DNA of 60,512 nt, the filler included. It is 4 parts of 4 records of this genome, joined end to end, with 100 filler letters (N's around TTAATTAATTAA, not from the genome) between each part and the next. Parts side by side here need not be neighbours in the genome. Positions count along the whole stretch, not along the records: positions 14,546 to 36,623 come from SRR20825019_417; positions 36,724 to 55,055 come from SRR20825019_418; 2 more parts are not named here. One strand, written 5' to 3'. The stretch's first letter is position 1. Each line of letters starts with the position of its first letter. The position numbers and the translations under genes were made by a program. Positions 27,712-38,589 of this stretch are shown one piece after another. Under the pieces are notes generated by a model. It did not search any database, was not told where the DNA came from, and saw only the letters and a program-made list of their open reading frames with translations.

Positions 27712-29169
27712 ATGACAGCTGAAATTAGAGATAAATACGAAGTGGTAATTGGGCTTGAGGTACACGCTCAAATGCTCACGAAGTCAAAAGCGTATTCAAA
27801 TGACGTTAACGAGTTTGGAGCTGTTCCAAATTCAAATGTGAGCGTTATTTCGCTAGGACATCCAGGAACACTTCCGAAAATGAATAAAAAGACGATAGAA
27901 TATGCTATTCGTCTTGGTTTAGCTTGCGAATCAAAGATTGCAGAGAACCAATATTTTGCCCGTAAGAATTATTTCTATCCCGATCTTCCAAAAGGATATC
28001 AGATTACGCAAGATAAAACACCTATCTGTACTGAAGGTCGAGTTTACATCAAAGACGACAACGGCAACGAAAAAGCGATTAAACTTACGCGGATTCACAT
28101 GGAGGAAGATGCTGGGAAAAGCATGCACGACGTGGACGTACACGACACTCTTGTTGATCTCAACCGAGCTGGAGTACCGCTCATCGAAATCGTTTCTGAG
28201 CCAGATTTAAGGTCTTCGCAAGAGGCATACAATTACGTCACTGAAATTCGAAAGCTCGTGCGCTATTTAGATATCTGCGACGGAAACATGGAAGAAGGAT
28301 CTCTTCGTTGTGACGCGAACATTTCTGTGCGTTTAAAAGGAGTTGAAGAATTTGGAACAAAAGTAGAGGTCAAAAACATGAACTCTATGCGGAATGTTCA
28401 AAAGGCCATTGAATTTGAAATTATTCGTCAAATTGAAATGGTTGAGAAAGGTGAACGAATTGATCAAGAAACAAGATCCTTCGACGCGTTGAAAAGCAGA
28501 ACCATTTCCATGCGTTCAAAAGAAGCAGCGAATGATTATCGCTATTTCCCTGAGCCAGATTTACAACCTTTGGTTATCAAATACGCTCAAATTGAGGAAA
28601 TCAAAGCAGAAATGCCTACGCTTCCTCGTGATTTGTTTTTAAAGTACACTACGGAATTGGGACTTTCGGATTATGACGCATATAACCTCACAGATTCTAA
28701 GGAAATAGCACTTTTTTACGAGAAAGTGATTGGACATACAACCAATTACAAAGCAGCGGCTAACTGGATTATGGGAGATGTAAAATCCTATTTGAATCAG
28801 CGAGGATTGGAGATCGGAGAATTCCCTGTGAGTCCAAAAACAATCTCGCAATTGATTAAACTAATTGATGACGGTAAGATTTCTTCGACTATCGCGTCAC
28901 AGAAAATATTCCCTGAACTTCTTACAGGAAATCAAGATCCATTAGCGATTGCTGAATCAATGAACCTCATTCAGGATTCCAATGAAGACGCAATTGTAGG
29001 ATTTATTCAGGAAGTAATAAAGCAACATCCGGCGGAAGTTGAACGTTATAAAAATGGCGATAAACAACTGGTTGGATTTTTTATGGGACAATTAATGCGT
29101 ATTTCTCAAGGAAAAGCAGATCCAAAAGCTGCCAACCAATTGATGCGTAAAACACTTGATGAACTTTAA
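27712..29169 (+). CDS. gatB: Asp/Glu-tRNA amidotransferase subunit B
   Basis: IGLEVHAQ, RKNYFYPDLPKGYQITQ, HMEEDAGK, LRCDANIS, YRYFPEPDL. Confidence 0.97.
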   Translation: MTAEIRDKYEVVIGLEVHAQMLTKSKAYSNDVNEFGAVPNSNVSVISLGHPGTLPKMNKKTIEYAIRLGLACESKIAENQYFARKNYFYPDLPKGYQITQDKTPICTEGRVYIKDDNGNEKAIKLTRIHMEEDAGKSMHDVDVHDTLVDLNRAGVPLIEIVSEPDLRSSQEAYNYVTEIRKLVRYLDICDGNMEEGSLRCDANISVRLKGVEEFGTKVEVKNMNSMRNVQKAIEFEIIRQIEMVEKGERIDQETRSFDALKSRTISMRSKEAANDYRYFPEPDLQPLVIKYAQIEEIKAEMPTLPRDLFLKYTTELGLSDYDAYNLTDSKEIALFYEKVIGHTTNYKAAANWIMGDVKSYLNQRGLEIGEFPVSPKTISQLIKLIDDGKISSTIASQKIFPELLTGNQDPLAIAESMNLIQDSNEDAIVGFIQEVIKQHPAEVERYKNGDKQLVGFFMGQLMRISQGKADPKAANQLMRKTLDEL

Positions 29170-30348
29170 ATGAACAAATTTCTTATCTTTTTCTCACTCG
29201 CTTTTGTTTTTGCTTCATGCGGAAATGATGCTGATAACGGCGCAAATAGTGACGAAGTAGTTGCCAGTGATTCGGTTAAAATCTCCGGACAAATTAACAA
29301 TGCTTCTCAAACAAAGCTTTTTTTGCAATCCTTTGTAAATAAAACAATTGTAGAGATTGCTTCTACAACAACTGATGCCGAAGGAAAGTTTTCCTTTTCT
29401 GCACCCTTGAGTAGTTTCGCAGTTTATCAGTTGACTTTAGGAAACGGAGGAAGTAAAATCATTCCGCTGACTTTGGTTCCTGGAGATAATATCCAAATCA
29501 ACTCGGATTACGCTGTTTTTGAGACTACACCAACAATTTCAGGAACTGAGTGGGCAACAACAATGACTGCTTACATGAAATTGTACTCAGAATTTAGAGA
29601 AAAACAAGCTGCGCTCATGGCTCGACAAGGAGATCTTTCCAACGATGACCTTAATAAGCAGTTCATTACTTTAAAAAAGCCTTCTGAGGACTTCGCTATA
29701 AAAGAGATTAAGAAAAATCCGTCAAACCCTTTCCATGCTGTCTTGAGCGGGGCAATTACTCCAACAACTGGATTCGAAACATGGAATCCTGAGTACTTGG
29801 AGTTGCTTAAATCCGTGTCTCAAGCGTACGATAAAAACTATGCTGAATCTGAAATAGCGAGTTCTATCTCCAATCAAATTTATCAGATTGAGCTGGCGTA
29901 TAACGAATATGTCGCAAACAATTCAGGAACGAGAGAAGCACCAGAATTGGCGCTTCCAAATCCAGAAGGTAAAGAAATTCGACTTTCTTCACTCAGAGGA
30001 AACTACGTTTTAATCGACTTTTGGGCATCTTGGTGCGCACCTTGTAGAGCTGAAAATCCAAACGTGGTAAAAACGTACAATAAGTATAAGAGCAAAGGAT
30101 TTACCATTCTTTCTGTGTCGCTTGACAACGATAAAGAGAAGTGGAAAAAGGCAATTAAAGATGACGGCTTGATTTGGCCCAATCACATTAGTGACTTAAA
30201 ACAATGGGATTCTCCAATTCCACAATTATACGGATTCAATGGAATTCCACATACTGTTTTAGTAAATCCAGAAGGTAAAATCATCGCAACTGGATTAAGA
30301 GGATCAGCTTTGGAACAAAAATTGGAAGAAGTCTACTCAAAAAAATAA
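29170..30348 (+). CDS. TlpA-family thiol:disulfide oxidoreductase lipoprotein
   Basis: Lipobox FASC; DFWASWCAPCRAENP. Confidence 0.92.
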   Translation: MNKFLIFFSLAFVFASCGNDADNGANSDEVVASDSVKISGQINNASQTKLFLQSFVNKTIVEIASTTTDAEGKFSFSAPLSSFAVYQLTLGNGGSKIIPLTLVPGDNIQINSDYAVFETTPTISGTEWATTMTAYMKLYSEFREKQAALMARQGDLSNDDLNKQFITLKKPSEDFAIKEIKKNPSNPFHAVLSGAITPTTGFETWNPEYLELLKSVSQAYDKNYAESEIASSISNQIYQIELAYNEYVANNSGTREAPELALPNPEGKEIRLSSLRGNYVLIDFWASWCAPCRAENPNVVKTYNKYKSKGFTILSVSLDNDKEKWKKAIKDDGLIWPNHISDLKQWDSPIPQLYGFNGIPHTVLVNPEGKIIATGLRGSALEQKLEEVYSKK

Positions 30349-30352
30349 TTCT

Positions 30353-31459
30353 ATGAAATTTACTTTAGTACTCGTTTGTTTAACTTTTCTATCCACTTCT
30401 TTCGCAGAAACAATAAATGTTAGTGTTTCTGGATCTATTTTTAATTCGGGAGTGGATTCAATTTATCTTTCACAGTACTACGGGACACATTACGTTGACC
30501 ATGTTGGTAAAAAACTAAAAAAGGACGGCAGTTTTGAATTTAAAACAACACTTCCAAACCCCGATTACTATGTTTTGCGACTTGGGAAAAACCATTTGAA
30601 TATCATCCTAAGAAATGGCAGCGATATTAAAGTGTATGGTGACGGAACTAAATTGACCCAATTCGTAAACTTTGTAGGTTCAGATGAAAGTCAAGCGATG
30701 CATGAATACCTTCGCCTTTTGAATGATTTTAATATGAAGCGTGATTCTGCGATTCTGGTTGTTCAAAATGACCCTTCGAAGCAAAATGAAATCAATCAGT
30801 TCATGAATGGTGAATTGAATAAATTTAGAACGGCTCAGCAGGGATTTGTAACGAAAAACCATAATTCTCCAGCTTTAATACCGATTCTAGGACAAATTGA
30901 TCCAAGTCAGGATTTCAACTCTTACGAAGTAATTGTTACACAATTGATCGCTGGATTTGGAGAATCACCTTCAGTAAAAGGACTTCAAGAAAATTACATG
31001 AAAATGAAGAGTGACATACTTGCAAAAGATCCACTCTCTCCAGGGAAATTAGCTCCTGATTTTGAAGAAACGTTGGTTGACGGTTCAACAATGAAATTAT
31101 CCGATTTGAAGGGAAAAGTCGTTTTGCTCGACTTCTGGGCGTCTTGGTGTGGACCTTGTAGAAAGGAAAATCCACATGTAGTTGAGCTCTACAAAAAGTA
31201 TGAAAAAAACGGATTTACTGTTATGAGTGTTTCGCTCGATAAGGACAAAGGAAGTTGGGAAGCTGCGATTAAAAAGGATAACTTAATTTGGCCAAATCAT
31301 GTGAGTGATTTACAGTTCTGGTCGAGTAAAGCAGCTAAGCTCTACGGAGTTGGAAGTATTCCTTTTACTGTATTGATTGATCAAGAAGGGAAAATCATAA
31401 AAACAAAATTACGCAGTGCACAGATAGAAGAAGAACTAAAACTTATCTTTGGTCATTAG
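30353..31459 (+). CDS. TlpA-family thiol:disulfide oxidoreductase (tandem paralogue)
   Basis: Signal peptide; DFWASWCGPCRKENP. Confidence 0.92.
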   Translation: MKFTLVLVCLTFLSTSFAETINVSVSGSIFNSGVDSIYLSQYYGTHYVDHVGKKLKKDGSFEFKTTLPNPDYYVLRLGKNHLNIILRNGSDIKVYGDGTKLTQFVNFVGSDESQAMHEYLRLLNDFNMKRDSAILVVQNDPSKQNEINQFMNGELNKFRTAQQGFVTKNHNSPALIPILGQIDPSQDFNSYEVIVTQLIAGFGESPSVKGLQENYMKMKSDILAKDPLSPGKLAPDFEETLVDGSTMKLSDLKGKVVLLDFWASWCGPCRKENPHVVELYKKYEKNGFTVMSVSLDKDKGSWEAAIKKDNLIWPNHVSDLQFWSSKAAKLYGVGSIPFTVLIDQEGKIIKTKLRSAQIEEELKLIFGH

Positions 31460-31461
31460 TA

Positions 31462-32217
31462 ATGACTGCATCTATCTCAAAGAAAATATATTTCGCCTCA
31501 GATTTTCATCTCGGAGCTCCAAATTATGAGGAGAGTTTAATCCGAGAGAAGCGCATCGTGGCTTGGCTCGACGCCATCAAAGATTCTGCCGAAGAAATCT
31601 TCTTAGTTGGCGACATCTTCGATTTCTGGTTCGAATACAAGCATGCGATTCCAAGAGGATTCGTTCGTTTACAAGGAAAAATCGCTGAATTAACAGATCA
31701 AGGAATTCCCGTTCACATTTTTACTGGAAATCACGACATGTGGATTTTTGATTACATCCCAAAAGAACTTGGCGTTTCTTTATACAGAGAACCAATTGAG
31801 AGAACTTTTTTCGGAAAATCTTATCTAATCGGTCACGGTGATGGACTTGGCCCTGGTGATCGTGGTTACAAATTCTTGAAGAAGGTATTCAATAATCGAT
31901 TTTGCCAATGGTGTTTCGCACGTCTTCATCCGAATTTTGGGATCTGGCTTGCGATGAAATCGTCAAAAACAAGTCGTGCAAAAACGGGTAAATCTGACGA
32001 AGTTTATCACGGAGATGAAAACGAATGGCTCGTTAGCTTTTGCAAGGATGAATTAAAGAAAAAGCACACGGATTACTTCATTTTTGGGCATCGTCACCTT
32101 CCCTTGGAGATCAGCGTTGGAGAGAATTCAACCTATTTTAATCTAGGCGAATGGATCAATTACAATACGTTCCTCGAAGTCTCTGCTGAGGGAGTTGAAT
32201 TGAAAACGTGGAAATAA
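31462..32217 (+). CDS. lpxH: UDP-2,3-diacylglucosamine diphosphatase
   Basis: FASDFHLG, GDIFDFWFEY, GNHD, HGDG, FGHRH, NLGEW. Confidence 0.88.
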   Translation: MTASISKKIYFASDFHLGAPNYEESLIREKRIVAWLDAIKDSAEEIFLVGDIFDFWFEYKHAIPRGFVRLQGKIAELTDQGIPVHIFTGNHDMWIFDYIPKELGVSLYREPIERTFFGKSYLIGHGDGLGPGDRGYKFLKKVFNNRFCQWCFARLHPNFGIWLAMKSSKTSRAKTGKSDEVYHGDENEWLVSFCKDELKKKHTDYFIFGHRHLPLEISVGENSTYFNLGEWINYNTFLEVSAEGVELKTWK

Positions 32218-32380
32218 ACACAATTCACTGAATAAAAAAGAGGAATGAAATAATTCCATCCCTCCCTTTCGTGTAGTAATTACAGGTTATTTTTTTCGAT
32301 CACCATTTGGATAAACAAGTGCGTACATCCAGAGGACATACGCACTTTGCTAACCAAATGCTCGCTACCGAGCCTTTTTA

Positions 32381-33529
32381 TTAACTTCCGAAATCTCCTG
32401 ATGCGTTGTTGTAGAAGTTGTTTGTTCCTTCATCTGTAAACGTATTTCCTCCTTGGTAATTTACCAATCCAAAGCGTTGACTGTCATGCACTGCGGAATT
32501 CCCCAAAACTAACTGAGAACCTGCATATAAATAGATGAGTCCATTCCAGTTAGAGTCATTTCCACCAAAGGAAACATCACAATGACGCATAATGTTATTT
32601 ACGCTATTGCTGTAGCTAAAAATGATTCCTACCCACGCTCCAGCGCTTGAGTACTCACCTGTGAAGACAATTTTTTCTGCTGCTGTTCCAGTTGCATTCA
32701 ATGATCCAGCAGAATTTATCTTAATCTCTCCAGTAGAAGTAAACCTGAATTGTGCCCCTGGATTAATTGTAAGTGCAGCGTTCACTCCCACTTCTCCCGA
32801 GATCAAGTAAGGAATCGTTGTTTTTTTCCATGTTCTTGGCGTATCAAATCCAGAACCAATCACTCTTATCACGTTGAATACATTGTTCGAAGCTGTAAAC
32901 GTACCATCCACGTAATGCATTTGATTCGCATTCATCTTTAATGGATACTGGGCACAGCTCGTTACGTTTACGTTTGTGAATTGGTTAAGCACACAGTTCT
33001 CGTCATATTGTAGAACTCCTGAACGCGCGCTTCGAGTAACAGATACGTTATCCATTGTCAATTGACAACTCGTGTACATATAAACTGCTGCATCCCAATT
33101 TGAATCCCCTCCAGCATCACTCACTGTACAATGAATCAACTTGTTGTTTGGACTGTTTGAATAGCTATAAATAATCCCAGTCCAATATCCTGCCGTTGGT
33201 TGATCTCCCTTAAACACAATTGGCTGAGCTGCTGTTCCTGTAGCATTCAAAGATCCATTCGCATTTACTTTAATTTCAACTCCAGGTTTCACACAAATAA
33301 CAACTCCCGGAGCTATTGTAACATTTGCGTTCAGAATCCAATCTTCCGAAAGGCAATAATCAGGTACGTTTGGATCAGAATTAATGTCTGCAACGGTTAA
33401 TGGACTGCTTACTGTTCCACCAATTGTTAACTGAGGAACTTCCTCCTCTTTTTCTTTTTTCTTCTTTTTACAACTTGTAAAACCTACTGTTGTTGCTAAG
33501 GCAACAAATAAAATATACTTTGTTTTCAT
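32381..33529 (-). CDS. surface lipoprotein with internally duplicated beta-helix
   Basis: Lipobox FTSC then KKKKKEKEEE; two copies of GSLNATGTAA..IVF.G....G.W.GII.SYSNS.NN. Confidence 0.8.
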   Translation of the reverse strand: MKTKYILFVALATTVGFTSCKKKKKEKEEEVPQLTIGGTVSSPLTVADINSDPNVPDYCLSEDWILNANVTIAPGVVICVKPGVEIKVNANGSLNATGTAAQPIVFKGDQPTAGYWTGIIYSYSNSPNNKLIHCTVSDAGGDSNWDAAVYMYTSCQLTMDNVSVTRSARSGVLQYDENCVLNQFTNVNVTSCAQYPLKMNANQMHYVDGTFTASNNVFNVIRVIGSGFDTPRTWKKTTIPYLISGEVGVNAALTINPGAQFRFTSTGEIKINSAGSLNATGTAAEKIVFTGEYSSAGAWVGIIFSYSNSVNNIMRHCDVSFGGNDSNWNGLIYLYAGSQLVLGNSAVHDSQRFGLVNYQGGNTFTDEGTNNFYNNASGDFGS

Positions 33530-33561
33530 GATTCTAATTTTTAATTGATTGTTTATACTCG

Positions 33562-34215
33562 TTACTTTTTGTGAAATACTACTCCAACATTTAATAAAGA
33601 CTTTCCATATCCTACTTGACCGTAGAAACCGACATTTGTTTTAGGATAATAGCGTATACCAAGCTGAACATCTCCGAAGAAAGCGTAGCCAACTTCCCCT
33701 TCATCTCCTTCATAGCGAGGAACAAGGAATGCTGGTCCTGCACCGATACCAACTCCAACGAATACATCTACTTTTTCTCCACCCAAATCTGTTTCTGTGA
33801 TGTCTTGAATCCATTGTAGGGCGTGAAAATTATACTGCACTCCGATTGGAACTACGAAACTCCAATAATCGTCGTTGGGAATTCCAAAGAGGGCATTGCG
33901 ATAAAAGATGCTTGAATACACATTGTTAGCGAATCCAGCTCCTAGTGAAAATCCTAATCCTCCATAGTTTCCCACTCCTCTTTCATGTTGGAGACTAATG
34001 CCGTTAAAAACTGGAGCATATCGACCTTTTAGTCCAACTCCGTTTTCGGCATACCAACAATTAATCTCAGAAATGTTCCAGCCAATTGATGTGTACTTAG
34101 AACCTTGCCCGTCAAAGGCTTGTGCTTGTGCATTATTATTTGATCCTAGAAACAATAATGCACAACTACAAATAATGATTTTTTTCTTCATAACGTTTAC
34201 ATTGCGGTTAAACAA
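33562..34215 (-). CDS. small outer-membrane beta-barrel protein
   Basis: Signal peptide AQA-QAF; LGIRYY...GFYGQVGYGKSLLNVGVVF. Confidence 0.75.
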   Translation of the reverse strand: MFNRNVNVMKKKIIICSCALLFLGSNNNAQAQAFDGQGSKYTSIGWNISEINCWYAENGVGLKGRYAPVFNGISLQHERGVGNYGGLGFSLGAGFANNVYSSIFYRNALFGIPNDDYWSFVVPIGVQYNFHALQWIQDITETDLGGEKVDVFVGVGIGAGPAFLVPRYEGDEGEVGYAFFGDVQLGIRYYPKTNVGFYGQVGYGKSLLNVGVVFHKK

Positions 34216-34250
34216 TGCAAAGTTGCCTCATACCGAGACCTCAGATCAGA

Positions 34251-34285
34251 GGGGATTCGTTGAAAATGTACATGGGGGATTCCCC
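34251..34285. promoter_or_regulatory. candidate operator for the adjacent response regulator
   Basis: GGGGATTC at 34251-34258 and palindrome GGGGA-T-TCCCC at 34275-34285 in an AT-rich spacer. Confidence 0.45.
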
Positions 34286-34304
34286 TTAGAAGGAAAATGA
34301 TTGA

Positions 34305-34931
34305 TTAGCTAAACCCTTTCAAAAGCGATTGTTTCACCAGTCCAGCTACATTTTTCACTTGGAATTTTGCAAACAAATTAGCGCGATAAGTTTCCACTGT
34401 TTTTTCGGAGATGAAAAGTCTTTCTGCTATTTCTTTAGAACTGAGTTCATCTTGAATTCCTTTTAAAACTTCTAGCTCTCTGCTTGTCAACTTGATTTCT
34501 TGTCTAGCAGTATTCGTTGTGAAAAGCGCATTAAAAAACTTACGTTGAAGATCCGTTGAAATATACTGATTGCCTTTTTGCACTTCAATGATGGCATTTT
34601 GAATCTCTTCCATCGGTGCATTCTTAGTAACATAGCCGTCATACCCTTTTGAGAGAACTGATTTCACCGTAAATTCATCAGAATGTGAGGAAAGCGCAAT
34701 ACATTTACAATTAGGTTGCTTCTCCTTGATCCCATCAATGATCTCTCGGGCGTCTGAAGCTCCGAACTGTACATCTTGAATGAGTATGTCAAATTGAATT
34801 TCTTCTGATTTTCTATTTAACTCATGAACGTCCAACGCAATGATAATTTGGCTCTCTGGAATCTCTCTTTTTAAAAATGAGGAAACTCCTTCTGCAATCA
34901 ATTCGTGATCATCCGCTATGACTATTATCAT
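34305..34931 (-). CDS. NarL/LuxR-family response regulator
   Basis: IADDH, IQD phospho-acceptor, GYVTK, LTSRELEVL...SEKTVETYRANLFAK. Confidence 0.93.
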   Translation of the reverse strand: MIIVIADDHELIAEGVSSFLKREIPESQIIIALDVHELNRKSEEIQFDILIQDVQFGASDAREIIDGIKEKQPNCKCIALSSHSDEFTVKSVLSKGYDGYVTKNAPMEEIQNAIIEVQKGNQYISTDLQRKFFNALFTTNTARQEIKLTSRELEVLKGIQDELSSKEIAERLFISEKTVETYRANLFAKFQVKNVAGLVKQSLLKGFS

Positions 34932-34990
34932 GACTTATGCGCTAAAGTTAGGTTAAATGTAATTAAAAAATGAACTGTTGATTCACCAGA

Positions 34991-36340
34991 CTACATTCCT
35001 GGCATTCCGCCACCCATTCCCTTCATTTGTTGCATCATTTGACGCATATTTTTTGGGTTGGACATCATTTTCATCATTTTTTTTGTATCACCAAACTGTT
35101 TCATCAGTTTATTCACTTCTTGTAGGTTTGTACCGCTTCCTTTCGCAATTCTCGCTTTTCTAGCTCCGTTAATAGAATCAGGATTTGAACGTTCAAATGG
35201 TGTCATAGAATGAATAATCGCCTCAATGTGTTTGAAAGCATCATCCTTAATGTCAACATCTTTCATTGCTTTCCCCATTCCAGGAATCATTCCAACAAGA
35301 TCTTTAACATTCCCCATTTTTTTGACTTGTTGCAATTGTGCTAAAAAGTCATTGAAATCGAATTGGTTCTTTTGGATTTTCTTTTGAAGTTTTCTTGCTT
35401 CCTCCTCATCGAATTGCTCTTGTGCACGTTCAACGAGAGAAACAACGTCTCCCATTCCCAAAATACGGTCTGCCATACGCGCAGGATAGAAAACGTCCAG
35501 CGCATCCATCTTTTCACCCGTACCAACAAACTTAATTGGCTTATTGACTACCGATTTAATTGAAATCGCAGCTCCACCTCTTGTATCTCCATCTAACTTC
35601 GTTAAAATAACTCCGTCAAAATTAATTTTTTCGTCAAATGCTTTTGCAGTATTCACCGCATCCTGTCCTGTCATGGCATCAACCACAAACAAAGTTTCAG
35701 TTGGAGAAATCGCTTGTTTTACGGCAGCGATTTCGTTCATCATTTGCTCATCAACAGCTAAACGGCCCGCGGTATCAATAATTACCACCGAAAATCCTTT
35801 GCTTTTTGCGTGCTGAACCGCAGCTTCGGCAATTTTCACAGGATTCTTCTCTTCTTTATTTGAAAAAACTTCTATTGAAAGTTGTTCTCCTAAAACATGA
35901 AGTTGGTCAATCGCCGCTGGACGATAAACGTCACACGCTACCAAAAGTACTTTCTTTCCTTTTTTGGTAGTTAAATAATTACCCAGTTTTCCAGTAAAGG
36001 TTGTCTTCCCCGAACCTTGAAGTCCAGACATCAAAATGATTGCAGGATTTCCTTTCAAGTTAATCTCCACCTCATTCTCTCCCATCAAGATTGCCAACTC
36101 ATCGCGGCAGATCTTTGTCATTAACTGACCTGGAGAAACTGATGTAAGAACGTTTTGACCGATTGCTTTTTCTTTAACAGTGGTCGTGAAATCTTTTGCT
36201 AATTTAAAGTTAACATCGGCATCCAAAAGCGCTCTTCGCACTTCCTTCAATGTTTCTGCAACGTTAATTTCAGAGATTTGACCGTGTCCTTTTAGAACTT
36301 TAAACGCTCTTTCAAACTTATCTGTTAAATTTTCAAACAT
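34991..36340 (-). CDS. ffh: signal recognition particle protein
   Basis: MFENLTDK, GLQGSGKTT, DTAGR, TKLDGD, Met-rich M domain. Confidence 0.97.
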   Translation of the reverse strand: MFENLTDKFERAFKVLKGHGQISEINVAETLKEVRRALLDADVNFKLAKDFTTTVKEKAIGQNVLTSVSPGQLMTKICRDELAILMGENEVEINLKGNPAIILMSGLQGSGKTTFTGKLGNYLTTKKGKKVLLVACDVYRPAAIDQLHVLGEQLSIEVFSNKEEKNPVKIAEAAVQHAKSKGFSVVIIDTAGRLAVDEQMMNEIAAVKQAISPTETLFVVDAMTGQDAVNTAKAFDEKINFDGVILTKLDGDTRGGAAISIKSVVNKPIKFVGTGEKMDALDVFYPARMADRILGMGDVVSLVERAQEQFDEEEARKLQKKIQKNQFDFNDFLAQLQQVKKMGNVKDLVGMIPGMGKAMKDVDIKDDAFKHIEAIIHSMTPFERSNPDSINGARKARIAKGSGTNLQEVNKLMKQFGDTKKMMKMMSNPKNMRQMMQQMKGMGGGMPGM

Positions 36341-36453
36341 ATACTTAGAATTTCGGGCTACAAATGTAGTAAATAAGGATGATTTTGGAGTGAATTAACA
36401 AGAAATCCCATCTTATATTTTAGATTGAAACTTCTCGAACAATCACTAATTGA

Positions 36454-36623
36454 CTAATCTGCTTTTTGGAGCTTTCGAATTTTTATATTGAAATAACCGT
36501 AAATAACTGTCATTACAGGACTGATTAAATTGAAAAAACAATAGAACCAATATTCCCCTGTTGCAACGCCAAGTACTGAAGATTGAGCCGCTCCGCAGGT
36601 ATTCCAAGGAAAAAGAACCGAGG
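36454..36623 (-). CDS. nhaC: Na+/H+ antiporter NhaC, C-terminal fragment; absent from ORF track
   Basis: Manual translation SVLFPWNTCGAAQSSVLGVATGEYWFYCFFNLISPVMTVIYGYFNIKIRKLQKAD-stop; PWNTCG motif. Confidence 0.75.
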
Positions 36624-36723
36624 NNNNNNNNNNNNNNNNNNNNNNNNNNNNNNNNNNNNNNNNNNNNTTAATTAATTAANNNNNNNNNNNNNNNNNNNNN
36701 NNNNNNNNNNNNNNNNNNNNNNN
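36624..36723. other. artificial contig linker
   Basis: N runs flanking TTAATTAATTAA; abrupt AT-rich to GC-rich switch. Confidence 0.98.
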
Positions 36724-36955
36724 CCATGAAGCCGTCGATCACCCGGTGAAAGATGATGCCGTCATAGAAGTTCTGCCGGGCCAGTTCCTTGATCCGTGCC
36801 ACATGGTTCGGTGCCAGGTCGGGGCGCAGCTCGATTTCGACGCGTCCATATTCGAGGTCGAGATAAAGCGTGTTTTCAAGATCCGCAGCGCGCGCCGGGC
36901 CGGTCAGCAGGAGTACCGTCAGCAGCGCCAGCAGGGCGCAAAGGCGATGGGCCAT
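36724..36955 (-). CDS. cyclophilin-type peptidyl-prolyl isomerase, N-terminal fragment
   Basis: Signal peptide, then LRPDLAPNHVARIKELARQNFYDGIIFHRVIDGFM. Confidence 0.9.
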
Positions 36956-37004
36956 GTATGCCTCCGAGATTAAGCGTTTCCGGCCGCACCATAGACGACC
37001 GCGC

Positions 37005-38474
37005 TCAACGGGCAAGACCGAACAGAGTCTCGATATCCAGATGAGCTTCCAGATGATCGGCCAGCCGGTCCAGCACACCATCGATCTCGGCGGTGAAATT
37101 CATGTCGGAGAAGTGAGCGGCGCCAAGTCCGGCGAGAAAGCTCCGGCGGAAGCCGTCATCGGAAAACATGCCATGCAGGTAGCTGCCCGCGATTTGCCCC
37201 GAAGGGGAGCAGGCGCCATCCTGATGCGGGCCGGTGCCGTCATCGATGGTGGCGAAGGGGCGGTCCCCGTCGGGGCCGCCGGTCCGGCCGATATGGATCT
37301 CGTAGCCGGAAACCGGCTCCCCTGTGGCTGAAGTGCCGGTGACGCGGGTCAGGGCTTTTTCCGGCGACAGTATCGTTTCGACATCCAGCAGCCCTAGCCC
37401 GTCCGCCGGTCCGGCGGGGCCTTCCAGCCCGTCCGGGTCATGCACCTTGCGGCCCAACATCTGGTAGCCGCCGCAGATCCCGAGCACGCGCCCGCCGCGC
37501 CGGACATGGGCGGCGATATCCACATCCCAGCCCTGAACACGAAGGTCTGCAAGGTCGCCGATGGTCGATTTGGAGCCGGGGATCAGGATCAGCGCGGCGT
37601 CGCCGGGCAGGGCTCGGCCGGGCTCCACGATATCGACGGTGACATCCGGCTCCAGCCGTAGCGGGTCCAGATCGTCGAAATTGGCGATGCGGGAAAGGCG
37701 CGGAACGGCGATCTTGATTGGCCCGGCGGCTTCGCGAACCGCGCTTTCAAGGGCGACGGCGTCTTCGGCAGGAAGTTTACCCGCTTCGGGGAAATAGGGC
37801 ACCACCCCGAGCGAGGGCCAGCCGGTGCGTTCGGTGACGATGCGCAAGCCTTCGTCGAACAGCGAGACGTCGCCGCGAAACTTGTTGATCAGATAGGCGG
37901 AGATACGCGCGCGGTCTGCCTTCGGGATCACCGCATGGGTGCCGACCAGCGAAGCAATGACGCCACCGCGATCGATATCGCCGATCAGCACCACCGGGCA
38001 GCCAACAGCTTCGGCAAATCCCATATTGGCAATATCGCCGGCGCGCAGATTGACCTCCGCCGGACTTCCCGCACCCTCGACCAGAATCAGGTCGGCCTCT
38101 TCCTGCAGACGCGCGAAGCTTTCGCGGACAGCGCCCAGCAAGTTCGGCTTCATGGCCTGATAGGCGCGGGCCTTGGCGTGTCCGCGTGCCTTGCCCTGCA
38201 CCACCACCTGGGAGCCGAGATCGGTTTCGGGTTTCAGCAGCACCGGGTTCATGTCGGTATGCGGCTCAACCCCGCTGGCGCGAGCCTGCAATGCCTGCGC
38301 CCGGCCGATCTCGCCGCCATTAATGGTGACGGCGGCATTGTTGGACATATTCTGCGGCTTGAAGGGGCGGACCCGGAGGCCGTTCCGGGCTGCCAGCCGA
38401 CACAGGCCCGCGACCAGAACGGACTTGCCGACATCCGATCCTGTCCCCTGAAACATCAGCGCTTTTGCCGTCAT
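37005..38474 (-). CDS. cobQ: cobyric acid synthase
   Basis: [52 protein letters not shown]. Confidence 0.96.
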   Translation of the reverse strand: MTAKALMFQGTGSDVGKSVLVAGLCRLAARNGLRVRPFKPQNMSNNAAVTINGGEIGRAQALQARASGVEPHTDMNPVLLKPETDLGSQVVVQGKARGHAKARAYQAMKPNLLGAVRESFARLQEEADLILVEGAGSPAEVNLRAGDIANMGFAEAVGCPVVLIGDIDRGGVIASLVGTHAVIPKADRARISAYLINKFRGDVSLFDEGLRIVTERTGWPSLGVVPYFPEAGKLPAEDAVALESAVREAAGPIKIAVPRLSRIANFDDLDPLRLEPDVTVDIVEPGRALPGDAALILIPGSKSTIGDLADLRVQGWDVDIAAHVRRGGRVLGICGGYQMLGRKVHDPDGLEGPAGPADGLGLLDVETILSPEKALTRVTGTSATGEPVSGYEIHIGRTGGPDGDRPFATIDDGTGPHQDGACSPSGQIAGSYLHGMFSDDGFRRSFLAGLGAAHFSDMNFTAEIDGVLDRLADHLEAHLDIETLFGLAR

Positions 38475-38589
38475 TCTCGCCACGCATTCCTTATTCATCA
38501 ATGCAGGCTATACCGCAGGTGATTTTGTTTGTCCTGTTTACGAAATGTTCAGGTTTAACGGGTAAAAAAACACCAAGCACGCGTTATCC

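Noticed and set aside
29170-31459. Tandem TlpA genes as a novel system
   Set aside because: Paralogous TlpA/AhpC proteins are common in Bacteroidota; both have ordinary WCxPC sites.
36668-37081. Track ORF running through Ns
   Set aside because: It ends at the linker stop; the real gene is a truncated cyclophilin starting at 36955.
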